A DNA stretch of 64,000 nt from Eukaryota sp. TZLM1-RC (lineage: Eukaryota > Protista > Metamonada: BaSk clade): the NCBI GenBank assembly GCA_040285825.1, contig JAUPSS010000004.1, positions 6,353,784-6,417,783 on the forward strand, written 5' to 3'. Positions within the stretch are counted from its first letter, which is position 1. Every line of letters starts with the position of its first letter. Below, piece by piece: positions 1 through 11,900 of the stretch. A model generated the notes under the pieces. The model was not told where the DNA came from. It saw nothing but the letters and a program-made list of their open reading frames with translations, and did not search any database. Made by a program: the position numbers and the translations under genes.

Positions 1-1749
1 AAAAGACTTTAAGACCCATGATAAATAAGGTGAAATTTCATTAAAATTAGTTAATGAATCTCCATTTGCTTCCAGACCTTCGCAAATCCATGAAGCTGCG
101 ATATCCTTGACCCAGAGTTCTTTTGACTCATTAGCAGCTTTCGTAAGCCGCACCATTGAATCAAGGATACATCCTCGCTGATAGAAATACTGCCCAAGAA
201 GCAAACAAGGACCAACACCAGTTGAAAAGTACATCATTATTTGAATAGGCACTAATATCTTTGATGTGTGAATATATTCAGTTAGTTTAGTCAGAATCTC
301 ATTATTAACTGGACAAATGTACAGAGACACTGAAAATAAAAACACTTGTAAAGCCATGTGGATTATTTGGGAAGTGGAATCCGAATTACGTAGCTTTGAT
401 AATAAAAAGTCCACAAAAATGGTAACAGATTCTTCATTTGGAATAATCTTGCCCCCGTTACTACCCAATTTAGCCTGATTTTGAAGAAAGGAAAGCACTC
501 TGAGGGATATAGTTTCTTCCTCAGTGATTTTTGCATCATCAATTCCAGTAATTACATCTCGAGAAAATGATTTTAAAAGTTCTGTGGTGGGTAAATAATC
601 CAAAACCAAATCAGTATAGTCAAAAGGGTTCAAATGATCAGATTTAAAGTATTTCTTGACAATTTCAATTGAATCAGGATATTCCTGAGTCAAGTAAAGT
701 CTCAAAAAATCACGTGATAATTCTGAGCTTTCCTTAGAACTAATACAATCAAGTGTACGTAAAAATTCAAACAATTTGCTACTTTGTAATGGGTCTTTCT
801 TAATGAAATTTGATACTTGTCTTTTAAAAGAAAATGGATGAATTATAAACACTTTTTTAGATCCGTCATAAATAACAATGCTCTTTGAACTTGACGTTTT
901 TGACTGACGATCATAAATAGGGGTCATAAACTTGGGTATAAATGAGACTGGAATTGACTGAAGAGGACTCCCGCTTTCAAAAGAAGGCAACCAAACATTT
1001 AAAGAATCATTGGTGGATGTTACTAAAAAAGGAAACGAACAAGCACAGGAAACTACTGGTTTCCGGGGTAACAACAATGGTGCAGTGACTGCTTCTCCTG
1101 TAGAAGAAAGAAAGCACCCCAATTCATCAGTTGGGAGAAACACTTCCATTGTCTTTTGTCCAAAGAAAGTTAGGACATTGCTAGCAGAAGGAAACATTTC
1201 TATCGGAGAATAAGTAGAATCAGAAAGGTCAACCATGAAAAACTTAGAGTTTAGATGAAAAAAGACAGATCCTCCAAGTAAAAAGAGAGTTGTGGGGACA
1301 TCTACAAGAGAGAACTCATGAACAGGTTGGTGGGGAGGAGTGGAGCCCATAATATAGAGAGACAGTTTCTTGCGTATACAGACTAAGATACGAGAGGAGT
1401 CAAGGGGATCAAGTGCAAAGGAGGACGCATAGCGGGTGTGAGGGATTTTGTAGAGGAGTTCCAGAGAGCGGTGGTCTAAGACCCGGATCTTGTCATCTAA
1501 AAGAATGAGATGTTCCGTCTTTGACGAATATTCAAGCTGAAGTACTTTAGCTTTAGCACGAGTACGGGTATCGGTTGAACTCAGAGTTGGAGACAGAGTC
1601 CCAGACTCATTTGCAGCATATGATAGAGAATACTGGGATATTTGATTGCGATCATCCGCAATTACAATGGTGTTATTACAAGAGGTTATTGCTACGACAT
1701 TATTAGATGTTGTGGTCAATTCTGAGACAGAGAAAAGCTCAGCGTTCAT
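1..1749 (-). CDS. Vps39/TGFBRAP1-like CNH-domain protein (3' end runs off window)
   Basis: Absent from the ORF track because it is open at the window edge. Hand translation gives MNAELFSVSELTTTSNNVVAITSCNNTIVIADD...CIRKKLSLY...HEFSLVDVPTTLFLLGG, resembling the CNH propeller of Vam6/Vps39. Alternative in-frame ATG at 1800. Confidence 0.55.
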   Translation of the reverse strand, partial: MNAELFSVSELTTTSNNVVAITSCNNTIVIADDRNQISQYSLSYAANESGTLSPTLSSTDTRTRAKAKVLQLEYSSKTEHLILLDDKIRVLDHRSLELLYKIPHTRYASSFALDPLDSSRILVCIRKKLSLYIMGSTPPHQPVHEFSLVDVPTTLFLLGGSVFFHLNSKFFMVDLSDSTYSPIEMFPSASNVLTFFGQKTMEVFLPTDELGCFLSSTGEAVTAPLLLPRKPVVSCACSFPFLVTSTNDSLNVWLPSFESGSPLQSIPVSFIPKFMTPIYDRQSKTSSSKSIVIYDGSKKVFIIHPFSFKRQVSNFIKKDPLQSSKLFEFLRTLDCISSKESSELSRDFLRLYLTQEYPDSIEIVKKYFKSDHLNPFDYTDLVLDYLPTTELLKSFSRDVITGIDDAKITEEETISLRVLSFLQNQAKLGSNGGKIIPNEESVTIFVDFLLSKLRNSDSTSQIIHMALQVFLFSVSLYICPVNNEILTKLTEYIHTSKILVPIQIMMYFSTGVGPCLLLGQYFYQRGCILDSMVRLTKAANESKELWVKDIAASWICEGLEANGDSLTNFNEISPYLSWVLKSF

Positions 1750-2380
1750 TGTTGATCCCAAAAAGATAAAGTGGATTGCAATGCTTAATTTCAAATTCAT
1801 AACACCCACACACCAATTAACAACCACCTCATCTCACGCCTCCCCATCAGTGCCATACACCTTCGATTTTCTTCTATCCCATTTCAATATTTCTTCTGTA
1901 TGTAATGCACTCAATTCCAAGGAAAACTCTCAAGCATCGGATCTCACGTAACTCCGATATCACGCGAGCGCCTATTGTCGGCCCATAACACTTGAGATAT
2001 TAGTTTTTCCATGCTTGAGGTTTCAAACTGTACTATCTTTTTTGTTTTGTTTTCTTTGTGTTTCAGTTTTATATGTACTGCACATTGTGTTTGAACCATG
2101 GTCCTCTACTATGTAGAGTCCCCAATAAAACGTTCTGTTTCCACTTTTCATATTTACATGCTACATTATTTAAAAATATTTATTGTGTTAAATTGTCAAA
2201 GTTCAACATCGAGTACTTTTGCACAAAGATGATTCGTCGTCTTCTGGGTGGGTGGGTGTTGCTAATTTGAAAATAAGCACCTGCATTGCAAATCACAATA
2301 AAGTGGATCCAATTCAATTCATCTCTCCAACATCTATTCAACACTAAACACTTATAGTACAGGAAACATCTCAAGACCTG

Positions 2381-3436
2381 ATGTCTGATGATTTTCATAC
2401 TTGTGAATCCGATCTTTCTGTTTCACACATAAGTTCTACTGATGAAGATTTTGAGCCTCTCTCAGGTATCTCTGAGGCAGTGGAATCATGTACAGATGAG
2501 TTCAACACTAATCCTCTTTATGTACAGCTTCTTAACCCATGGTTCCCTGTAAATCTTTCTAAAAACAAGACACAAATCAAAATCGGAATCGCTGGTGTTT
2601 ATGGATCCGAATTCATCATCAGTTCAACTGTTTTAGCTTTGGATTCGAAAAATACAGTCAAGACCAAAAGTTCTCGTTATTATGTAGGTCTTGAAAATTG
2701 TTTATCCGATTCCCAGTCCATATACACAAAGTATTCAATGCATTTAATCAGGGAGAACTACTTGGTGGATGAAGTGTTTATTTATCTAACAAAATATGGT
2801 TTCACAAGTAGTTGGATTACTGATTTAACAGAAATTTGTTGCAGATTGAATGTTTCTCTTGTACTTCGTCCTCAAATACCATCCACAGTATCAACTCCAC
2901 CTACAGTACGAAGGCCCTTTCAAAAGAAAGTCAAATGGGATGAATTTCTAACAGAAAAGGATACAGAGGAAGCCAGAAAAATTGCATCAATGAGGAAGAG
3001 TGCAAAGAAGTCTCAATTGGGAAGGAAATTTGCCAAACGAATGGAAGAACTGGAAAGAAGTAAGCAAGATCCCTCTGTTTTGGTCGAGACTCCTCTCAAC
3101 CCTCAACGAAGGAATATTTCTTCTTCAGATTCAGCCCTGATACAGACCATTTGTGATTCAATTGAGACTACACCTGTCAATCAAAAGCGAGAGCGTACTT
3201 TTATTCCACTGGAATTAGAAGCAGAATCTCCACAGTTTGTTCTATCTCCCAGTAAGTCTAATATTATAACTCAAGGGGTACAGAAAGCAATGAACAGGAA
3301 AAGGAGGAGTGGGCTTGTAACAGTAAAAAATGCCACCATAATGAAGAGTTCACCAAAAAGAAAGGTTGTTGTTTTAGAAGTTGAAAGCAAAGATGATTTT
3401 GAAGAGAGTTCTGACCAAGATGATATATATGAGTAA
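2381..3436 (+). CDS. hypothetical protein (acidic termini, basic low-complexity C-terminal half)
   Basis: 351-aa ATG ORF, no recognisable domain. Confidence 0.6.
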   Translation: MSDDFHTCESDLSVSHISSTDEDFEPLSGISEAVESCTDEFNTNPLYVQLLNPWFPVNLSKNKTQIKIGIAGVYGSEFIISSTVLALDSKNTVKTKSSRYYVGLENCLSDSQSIYTKYSMHLIRENYLVDEVFIYLTKYGFTSSWITDLTEICCRLNVSLVLRPQIPSTVSTPPTVRRPFQKKVKWDEFLTEKDTEEARKIASMRKSAKKSQLGRKFAKRMEELERSKQDPSVLVETPLNPQRRNISSSDSALIQTICDSIETTPVNQKRERTFIPLELEAESPQFVLSPSKSNIITQGVQKAMNRKRRSGLVTVKNATIMKSSPKRKVVVLEVESKDDFEESSDQDDIYE

Positions 3437-4039
3437 TGGTGTGGTACTCTTCTAGATAATCTTTATTTTGTATAGTGCACAGGATCAGTGCTGTGTGATT
3501 GTAACAAACAGTTTTGTTTGTTTTCAGAATATATTAAATTTTTCACTTTTGTTGGCCAGATGCACAATTTCATAAAGGTTTGCTTTTTTAGGAGTCAAGA
3601 TTTGGTTGTCAGAGTGTTTGAAATACTAATACACCATTAACACTGAAAATGTATTGGTTAATGAAGAACAGATACTGAATTTAACAAAATTTTAAAAAAA
3701 GAATTTAACTATTCAGAAATTAAAAAATTTGAACAACTCGTTCTATTTTAAGATTTTTGTGTTGGGTTATTCTCAATTTCGGTTAAGTTTCGGTTAAGTT
3801 GAGTTCTTTACACTAGAGGACTGATGAAAATATATCTGTGTATTCTGACGTAAAATGAATCATTATTCCCCGTTGAGTTATTTATTCATTAAACTTGGGT
3901 AATCACGATCACACAACTAAATCTACAGCTTCCGTTCTGCTACAGATTTGACACATTGATGGAGTACATTAAACAAAAGAATTCTATAAATAGTATAGTT
4001 TTTTTAAAAACTGGAATATTTATTGAGATAAAAAAACCC

Positions 4040-6060
4040 ATCTAGAATTCAATATCCTCCAAACAAGCGTCACTATTACTGAACCTACTCCCAGCATTTC
4101 GTTCATATTCTACACCAATAGCTAAGCGAGCCTTAGAAATCATTGTTGTAATAGACTTGAAAATGCAAAAAACAATTCTATTTAACCAGAAAGTGGAATT
4201 CATTTTTTACGAGATCTATTCAGTAAAACTTTTTTGAAGTTTTCAAAAAAAGTGTAATTCTGAAGGTCCAAGATTGCCAAAAAGAGAAATGGCAAACGGC
4301 AGAAACTGATATTTGACGTGTTCGACTTTACCTAATTGTGCCAATGGTTCTTGATATTTTTATATTTTCTGTTTTTCAGCGCTAGATAGCGGCGGATCAG
4401 CGGAATACATCAAACGAGCAGCAGAATTTTTGCAGACATCTACTGAGACAACATCCACAACATTGAGAACACCATCGATCCCTGAAGCTACTAAATCTGC
4501 CCTTCTTTTACCAAAGGAATCATCAGTTTGATCTGGAGATAGCTTACGTTCTAGTGGCTCAATAAATGCCTCTATATTGAAACTTTTGCACATGGCATAT
4601 AATTGATCACGAACTGAGTCATGAACAATTGAGCGATAAGTTATAAAATTCTTACAGTTTAAAATATGGGAAAGCGTAACAACACTCTTGCAGCGACAAA
4701 TTAAACCATTTGGTAATGAACAAGGCCATAGAAAACATCTCATTCTCATTGCAGTGGTCCATTGGTGATCATTAAGTAGAAGGCCTTAAATGTTGGGAAT
4801 TTGGGAGATTAGGCAACTTGAGCAACTGTCTTCAAGATCAATCAAAATGTTTGCAAAAACGGGTTTTTTTCTTTAGCCAAGCTAAGACGTACAATATAAT
4901 CCAAGTTTTCTAAAACTTTCAAGATTTTTTTCTGCAATTTTGCAAAAGTCAGTGGTAAGGAGAGCAAGCTTCTTGGAGGAAGTTCCACAATATCAGAGGG
5001 GAAACATTTAGCCCAAATATTGGGTGAAAGAGTTTCAATTCCTGTTGCAAAGAAATAAGATAAGAGCTGCCACAATTTTCAATGAGATGAATTTTTTCAG
5101 GAAAACGATTCACAAATTCATAAATAAAATTCTTTCCACCTCCAATAAAGGCAGCTTTACAAAGGTAGCTTGATTTATGAAAATCAACACCACCAAAATT
5201 TGTACCACAAAAAATGTGGCTTCGTAACTGAGATGCATCAATTTCCAATAATTTTGCTAAGAAATTGGTTCTTTGTTCATTAAAAATGCGACAAAACTCC
5301 AAAGAAATTGATGGTGATGTTGATCTCAAAATATGAGTAAATTTTCCAGAATAACAAATTTTTAGGAAAAAGAATTTCAAATGTTTCTCAATATTTAAAT
5401 TTTCTATTGATTCTAATTCATTTCCAAATTGAGTCAACAGAGTCGAAAGTTGGCCTTTCACTTCATCAATATTTCCGAGATAACAACCCAAAAAACGAAA
5501 ACCAGACTGATCATAATTGATAAAGGGGACAATGACATCATTAATGAAAAAATCAATTGGTTCATGGCCAATAATCAAACATTTGGAGATATTCAATGAG
5601 GGACCAATATCTTCATAACGCTGTTGAATAAAAGTTGCTATTTGTTTCAGAATTGTAATAGGAGCAATTACAGAAATGTCATCCATATATGCTACAATAT
5701 CTATTTCTGGGAATTTTTCTTTTCATTCGCACATTATTGGATGAATTGCCAGACAAAAGAAAAAAGGACCAAGTGGATCGCCTTGTTTAACACCTGAAGA
5801 AGAAAGCAGGTCAAAGTTTTCATAGACCAATGTTAATGATTTTCCATAAAATGAATAGAAAAAAGACTCAATTTCAGGAAAATGCTTTTGTAGCAAAGGC
5901 AAAATGGAAGAACGTGATACAGAATTAAAAGCATTCTTAAAATCTAAATTGAAGATGTAATTAGAATCACTAGAATTAAAAAACACATCCGACGAAAGAG
6001 CAGCAGAATAGTATAGTTTGTGATGTTGATTTAGAAAAAACTCAGAAAACAAAGTTGTCG
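4040..6060 (-). mobile_element. CRE/SLACS-like non-LTR retrotransposon (RT + zinc knuckle + RLE), degenerate
   Basis: RT motifs LDFKNAFNS, GVKQGDPLGP, YMDD. C-terminal CRC..LSHILNC..HDSVRD and RRADL..DVV endonuclease motifs. Several stops and frameshifts. Confidence 0.85.
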
Positions 6061-6466
6061 GCTAAGATGAACCGCACAAAGTCTAAGACGGAGATGATAC
6101 AGAGCGTCTAATAAGTAATTGGTGATTCCAGCCAAGAAGTGTTTATTGGAATAGGAAATTGGCAAAAATAAAAACACATGAAATTCAAAGGTACATACCA
6201 AAGGAAAAGGTTTGCGAAGTTGATTGATAAAGTATGGTTATAAAAAAATGTTAATGGGTCAATTTTCGAACCAAAAAGGATTTCCCATTAAAAAAAAGCA
6301 GCACGAACGGTTTTATAAGATGGCAAAATGAACTTATCTTTTTAAGCAAAACAAAAAGTTTGAGGCAAAGATGGTATCATGTTGTAAGAGAAAATTTCCC
6401 AAAAACCCAGACCTTTCAGCTTGGTTTAAAAAGGACTCTTCTTTGTTATAGACAACATCTGTAGGA

Positions 6467-7864
6467 ATGACTTTATGTGAGCATTGCTTACAAGAATTAT
6501 CACCATTGTCTCTTGTCCCTGGTTCTACTTATAGCAAGCTTATTGTCACAACACCTTTACAATCAGGGAGTCTACATCTTCTTTCAAGCTCTATCATATT
6601 GCGATTAGAAGTACCACTACATCATTACTCACATTTATCATTATCTACAAAGCTTCCAACAGTGTGGTGTTTGAATGACATCTACATTACTTTTTCTGAA
6701 CGCCTTCACTCCGAACCATTCACTTTTCAAAAAGGTCTTTCCACAGTTGATACCCCGTTTTCCATGTTTACACCAGGGTCACCTAAATCATTGAGTGAAG
6801 ATAGGTTACGACTAAAGACCTTGAAAGATTACTTTTTTCCCTCTTCTCTATGTTTATTTGACATGTCCATACCACCCTTATTGAAGTTAGATATTTGTCT
6901 TTTGCTTGGGCTTTATTGCAGGGGTGTGGTTGATAACAAAGCTTTTAATTTAATATTAAAAGTTTTTTTAAATAATCAAATACAAGAAATATCTCCGGAA
7001 ATTCCTTTATTTGCATTTAATTACTTTGGTCTTTTATTGTTTCAAGACGTTTCTCAAACTGCTGTGAACCAGTACTTGGACAAGGGCTTAATTAGTTTTA
7101 TAAAGTTTTTTTGTTTGTTGTCAGTTGTTGATCCTTTTGATTTGGAAAGTCTGATTAATTCAACAAAATCATTCTTAGCAGTCAGGATTTCCAAATTTCT
7201 TCAGTCAGCTCATTTGAATTCAGAAGACTTTCATTTGATTAATGATCTTCTATTTGACTTTGATAGAAGTCAATCTGTTTCCAAGTCAAAAAAGTCGCTC
7301 AATTTTGAAACTCTGCCCAATTGGATTTCTTTTGACATAACCAATGGAAAACTCTCTATTGGGGATGTCATTCGTATCGGACAACAAGGATTCTTCTACG
7401 GGAAAGTTGATAGCTTTCTTTCATTGGATTCACAAAACTTTGCTTCAATTGTAGTTGACGACAATAAATTTGATTCAAGGGATTCTAGAATAATTGCTTC
7501 TTTGAATGATTTCTATTTCTTTAATATGGAGACTGTTCTCAAGATCAAACGTTTTCACCCTCTTCTTAACCCCCCTGTGCATTTGTTTGAAGAGGTATCA
7601 AAACAAAATGATTTGAATTTTGTTTTTGGTAGTGATGATTTTATTTCAAAAATTCCTGGTTCATGGATTAATATTTCGACGTTAAGAACAAAGAGATCGT
7701 CTTCACCATTGAGTCAGGTAAAGTCAAACACATTTTTGACCGAAACACAGAATCCAACCCCCACACCTATAAGGTCGCGAAGTCCGGTTGAAAAAGAGAG
7801 GTGTTCACAAAGTAATTTGTTCACTAAAGACAGTAATTCTTTTGTTATTTATGGAAATAATTAA
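6467..7864 (+). CDS. hypothetical protein
   Basis: 465-aa ATG ORF, no motif recognised. Confidence 0.6.
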   Translation: MTLCEHCLQELSPLSLVPGSTYSKLIVTTPLQSGSLHLLSSSIILRLEVPLHHYSHLSLSTKLPTVWCLNDIYITFSERLHSEPFTFQKGLSTVDTPFSMFTPGSPKSLSEDRLRLKTLKDYFFPSSLCLFDMSIPPLLKLDICLLLGLYCRGVVDNKAFNLILKVFLNNQIQEISPEIPLFAFNYFGLLLFQDVSQTAVNQYLDKGLISFIKFFCLLSVVDPFDLESLINSTKSFLAVRISKFLQSAHLNSEDFHLINDLLFDFDRSQSVSKSKKSLNFETLPNWISFDITNGKLSIGDVIRIGQQGFFYGKVDSFLSLDSQNFASIVVDDNKFDSRDSRIIASLNDFYFFNMETVLKIKRFHPLLNPPVHLFEEVSKQNDLNFVFGSDDFISKIPGSWINISTLRTKRSSSPLSQVKSNTFLTETQNPTPTPIRSRSPVEKERCSQSNLFTKDSNSFVIYGNN

Positions 7865-8419
7865 TTGATTCAGTTGTCATTAGTTCTGTTTCGTTCAGTT
7901 TTTCCATCATCTTTATTAAATATTGTATATAATTTTAATTTCAATAGTAGTTGAAGTCTATATTAGCTTTACTTTAACTTTCTTGTGTTCAATGATTCAT
8001 TCCACTAAAACCACCCTTTTTTTCGTTTTCAAGTCTCTTGCATTCCTAAACATTTTTAAAACATTCTTTAAAAAAGTGTGAAAGCCTACGTTAGAAGCAA
8101 TTGATTCTTAAGAGGATTGAACCACTTTGGAATCATTATTTATTAATGTTTGCATCTTCTACGAATCGCTAAACTACTTATACAATGTCAATAAGTTCTC
8201 GGATGATTTTTCTTATTAGAAAGACCTGCCAATGCTTAGGCTAAGATCCTGGTTTGGTCAAACATACAATAGCAGAAGGTGAAGAGAAGATTTTACAACC
8301 TAAACCTTGCTGTATAGCCTAAAAATAGTTCGTTTCCAGGAGTAGTCACATCTTTGAAATCATGATTAAACTTTAACTAAATTATTTACTCACTAAAACC
8401 CCATCAATTTGTTGGCAAA

Positions 8420-8700
8420 ACATTTTGGTCATTTACATGAGCAACTCGCTTGTTATTAAACTCCGTAATTTTTTCAAAGTGGAGTTACTATAATGGGAAA
8501 GAGCTTTCAATAACAAAAAATACGATTCTGTTCTTCTAAATCAGAAAGTCAAATGTATGATCACTATCTTTGAGAAGATATCCCAAATCATCTAAAATAA
8601 TTTGATCTTCGTTTCCAATAGTGCCAAAAATTGAAATCGCAATTGGTACAAGTTTGTTGTTTCTGCCTCTTGCTCTCATTGGAAAACGTCGTTGTTTTTT
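8420..8700 (-). mobile_element. CRE-like LINE 3' fragment
   Basis: LVPIAISIFGTIG...NRIVF, matching the PFAxSxxGxxG...QNRIVFSI tail of the other copies. Confidence 0.55.
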
Positions 8701-8912
8701 GAATTGTTCTGCAACTCTGAGTAAATGTTGAATGTCAGAATGGGAACTCCGAAAGGAGAGAGAAAAATCACCATATTTCGCCAGAGCAGCAACTGTTGTT
8801 CCAAAAATGGAAAATTGAAAAGGGAAGTGGAAAATTGAAATGGGCAACTATCTTCTCCTCTCGACCCTGAAAGACATCCTTTCTGCTTCTTGTTGATCAC
8901 TATCTTAGCACC

Positions 8913-11900
8913 ATGGCATCTGCGGTCTTTGGCATCTTTTATTTGATGATTCAAAACAACTCATCACTGAAGAAGATAACCTTTTTTGCTTTCTTGTTAG
9001 CCTTCTCTCAGTTTTGGACGTTTACCTTTGAAACAGATCTGTATGCGGATATTCCTGGTGCTAATTCACTGATTTCCCTGCTAAATTTTCTACAACCCAA
9101 CCTAGGTCCCACAGATCCCTCTAGTAGATTTCAGTTTTTCCTTTTTACTTCTGTCGGTATTCTCATTGTATGTATAGTACTCTATCTGTCTGTCAGAACT
9201 GCCATTAGCTTCAACAAGGGAATTTTCACTTCATTGTTATCTGTTAGACTACTACGTCTCCTAGGCCTAGCTCTTCTCTCTGTACTCTTTATTCCCAACC
9301 TCCAACTTCTACTTGGCCCTCTTCATTGTTCCAATGTTAACGGCAAGTTCATTATTGACTCGCTTACCACTCCCACTGATTGTTACACTTTTCCTAACAT
9401 TCTTTATCAAGTTTTTGCCTTCACTTCTGTCATGATCCTCGTTCCCTTCGCTGCTTTTCTTTCCCTCGTATACTTTAACTCTGATTACACCTCAACCGAT
9501 CTCTTATCCAGATCACATGGAAGATTTGACCTTGTTTACCAGCTTTCCAAGGTAACTGTTGTTTTTGCAACTACTTTTATAAGCAGTAACTTTACTAAAT
9601 TTTTTGTTATTTCCTTTATTTCTTTTTTACTGCTTTATTATTATCTTTTTTACCTCCCATATCACAAAACATTCACTTCCTTTATGTGTAGCTTTATGTA
9701 TAGTTCAATTTGGACTAGTTCTTTGTTTACGTTGTTTTTAACTATGGGGGAGGTATCGGATGGTGGATTTAAGTTTGATTTTGAATTATTAGGGTCCTTC
9801 GAGCTTGGCTTTCCACAGCTTTCTTTTTCTTTTTTCTTCTTGGTAGCGGTTATCAATGTTTTATCTGCTATTATTGTTATTAAAAAACTCTTTTTTGTTG
9901 GAAAATATTTGGATGGGCCCAGATTGGTTAAATTGGTTCAATCAGTCAAAATTTCAGAACCTCAGACTTACTTGTCAGTTGCGTGTCATCCTGATCCCTT
10001 TATGAGCTCTACAACAACTCAAAATTTGGGTATTGATACTTCAAGCTCATCAATTCCCGATCTCTCATGGCATCCCAAATTTTGCCCGTGTCAGGAATGT
10101 TGTAACCTTTGTGTTAATTGCAATTCTGTTTTTGAATTAGAAAGATGTTGTCGATATTATCTGAGACAGATTAGTAAGGATCAAGTAGAGATCAAACCAA
10201 AATTTTCAACTAGTCTCTTGGCAATGGTCAGCATTTTATACGTACACGGCTACCAATTACTTAAGAAGTCTAGGAATTCTACTTTAATAAGTTTTATGTT
10301 CAATAATTCAGTGGTTAAATTACAACCAAAATTTGAACAATTAACCGAAAATTTCAAAACAGGGATCAGTAAAGTTCATGACAATCATTTATATTCAATG
10401 CTGCCCATGGATGTCAAATTTTTAAATTTTGTCGATGAACAAGAACAATTGCGCTCTACTTCTTCCTCTGTTATGAGTGCTAGCCAGAACGGATCAAGAG
10501 CAGAACATATCACCCAAAATTTGGAACATGCTCGTAATCAGATGTCTATTGTTGAATATCTGGACTTTCAAAGACTTGTTCACCAAATAAATAAAGGTCA
10601 CGTCACCGCAGTCAATCAATTATACGCTTTTTGGTCTTGTCTTGTGACCGCCATGGCTGGATCACCTTACCACACCAAAAGATTAACAATAATTGCCTCG
10701 AATTTAGTTGAAACAGAAGCTAGGTCTTTTGTTTTGCTCAATGAATTAATGTTAAAGTTCAGCAAGCACCCTCTTGTCTACTACAAAGCTGCTTCTTTCA
10801 TCCGCGACGTTCTCTCAGACGATCAAATGGCCTCTAAACTTGAAGCAGTAGCAACTACATTGAACAAAGAAGAACCAGAATCGGGAAGTGTGGTGGCGAA
10901 TAGCGTGGTGGATGGAAGCGTGGCTGATACAAGTGGTGTTTTTAATTCAACTGAAAGCTCCATTAATTTCGACGATGTTCATTCTTCAAGGGATGATTCT
11001 GATTCAAATTTAATTAAAAAGATTTACAGAATTTCTTTCTATTTATTGACGGTACTTTTAATTGTATTGGTTGGGGTTCATTATTTTTTCGAACATAATA
11101 GTCTTACAAGGGCTGAGCAATTTAAAAACTTTGCTGAATTCAAAAGCGTTTATTCCTATTTCACCGGTGTTGCTTCTGAAATTTTGGATGACGTGTCACC
11201 TGAGCTCTTCTCTGACAAGTTGCGATCAGTAGTGAGTAAGCTAAGAACCTATCACCGTGTAGCATTTCGGTCACTTAGGCAGCGTCCTTTTTGGAGAAGT
11301 TCGCTGAAACTCCTGTCGAATCAAGATTTTGTTATCGAAATTGGTCCTTTTAGCTCCGAAATGTCTTTTTATGACGTTTTTCTTGATTTTTCTCGACGTT
11401 CACTGACTATTCTTGATCATTCAATTGACCAGCAACGACTTTTTGTCGAACAGTTAATTTCATTCAGTGAATCTGCAGTCGTCCCCTCCTTTGATTCAGT
11501 TTTGAAATCTTTTTCATTGACTGAAAGTAATTCTTTTTATATTATCTTTTCCAGTGTTTTAATTCTTACCTCTTTTGGAATTATTTTCTTTTCAATTCGA
11601 CAAGTCATTAATTGTTTTGGTAATTTGAACCAAAACAGGGCTTCTGCGCTGAGGTTATTCCTTGAAATCGATCCAAATATTATCATAAAGGTTGCTGATT
11701 CACTACACACGACTTCTCTTAAGTTAGGATTAAAACTTCCAAAGTTAAATTCAGATTCTTTTTCCAAAACCAAGTCCACTGCTGCTGACAGAACCAAACT
11801 TCTATCTGGAAGCGGCGTTTCTTACTCCAACAGTCTTTCTGGGCTGCTATGGAAAATTTGCTTGGTGTTCTTGATCCTTTTTGTAATAATTCTTGGTTGT

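Noticed and set aside
3821-3860. CTGATGA near a LINE 3' end as a hammerhead or box C/D RNA
   Set aside because: No downstream GAAA with supporting stems
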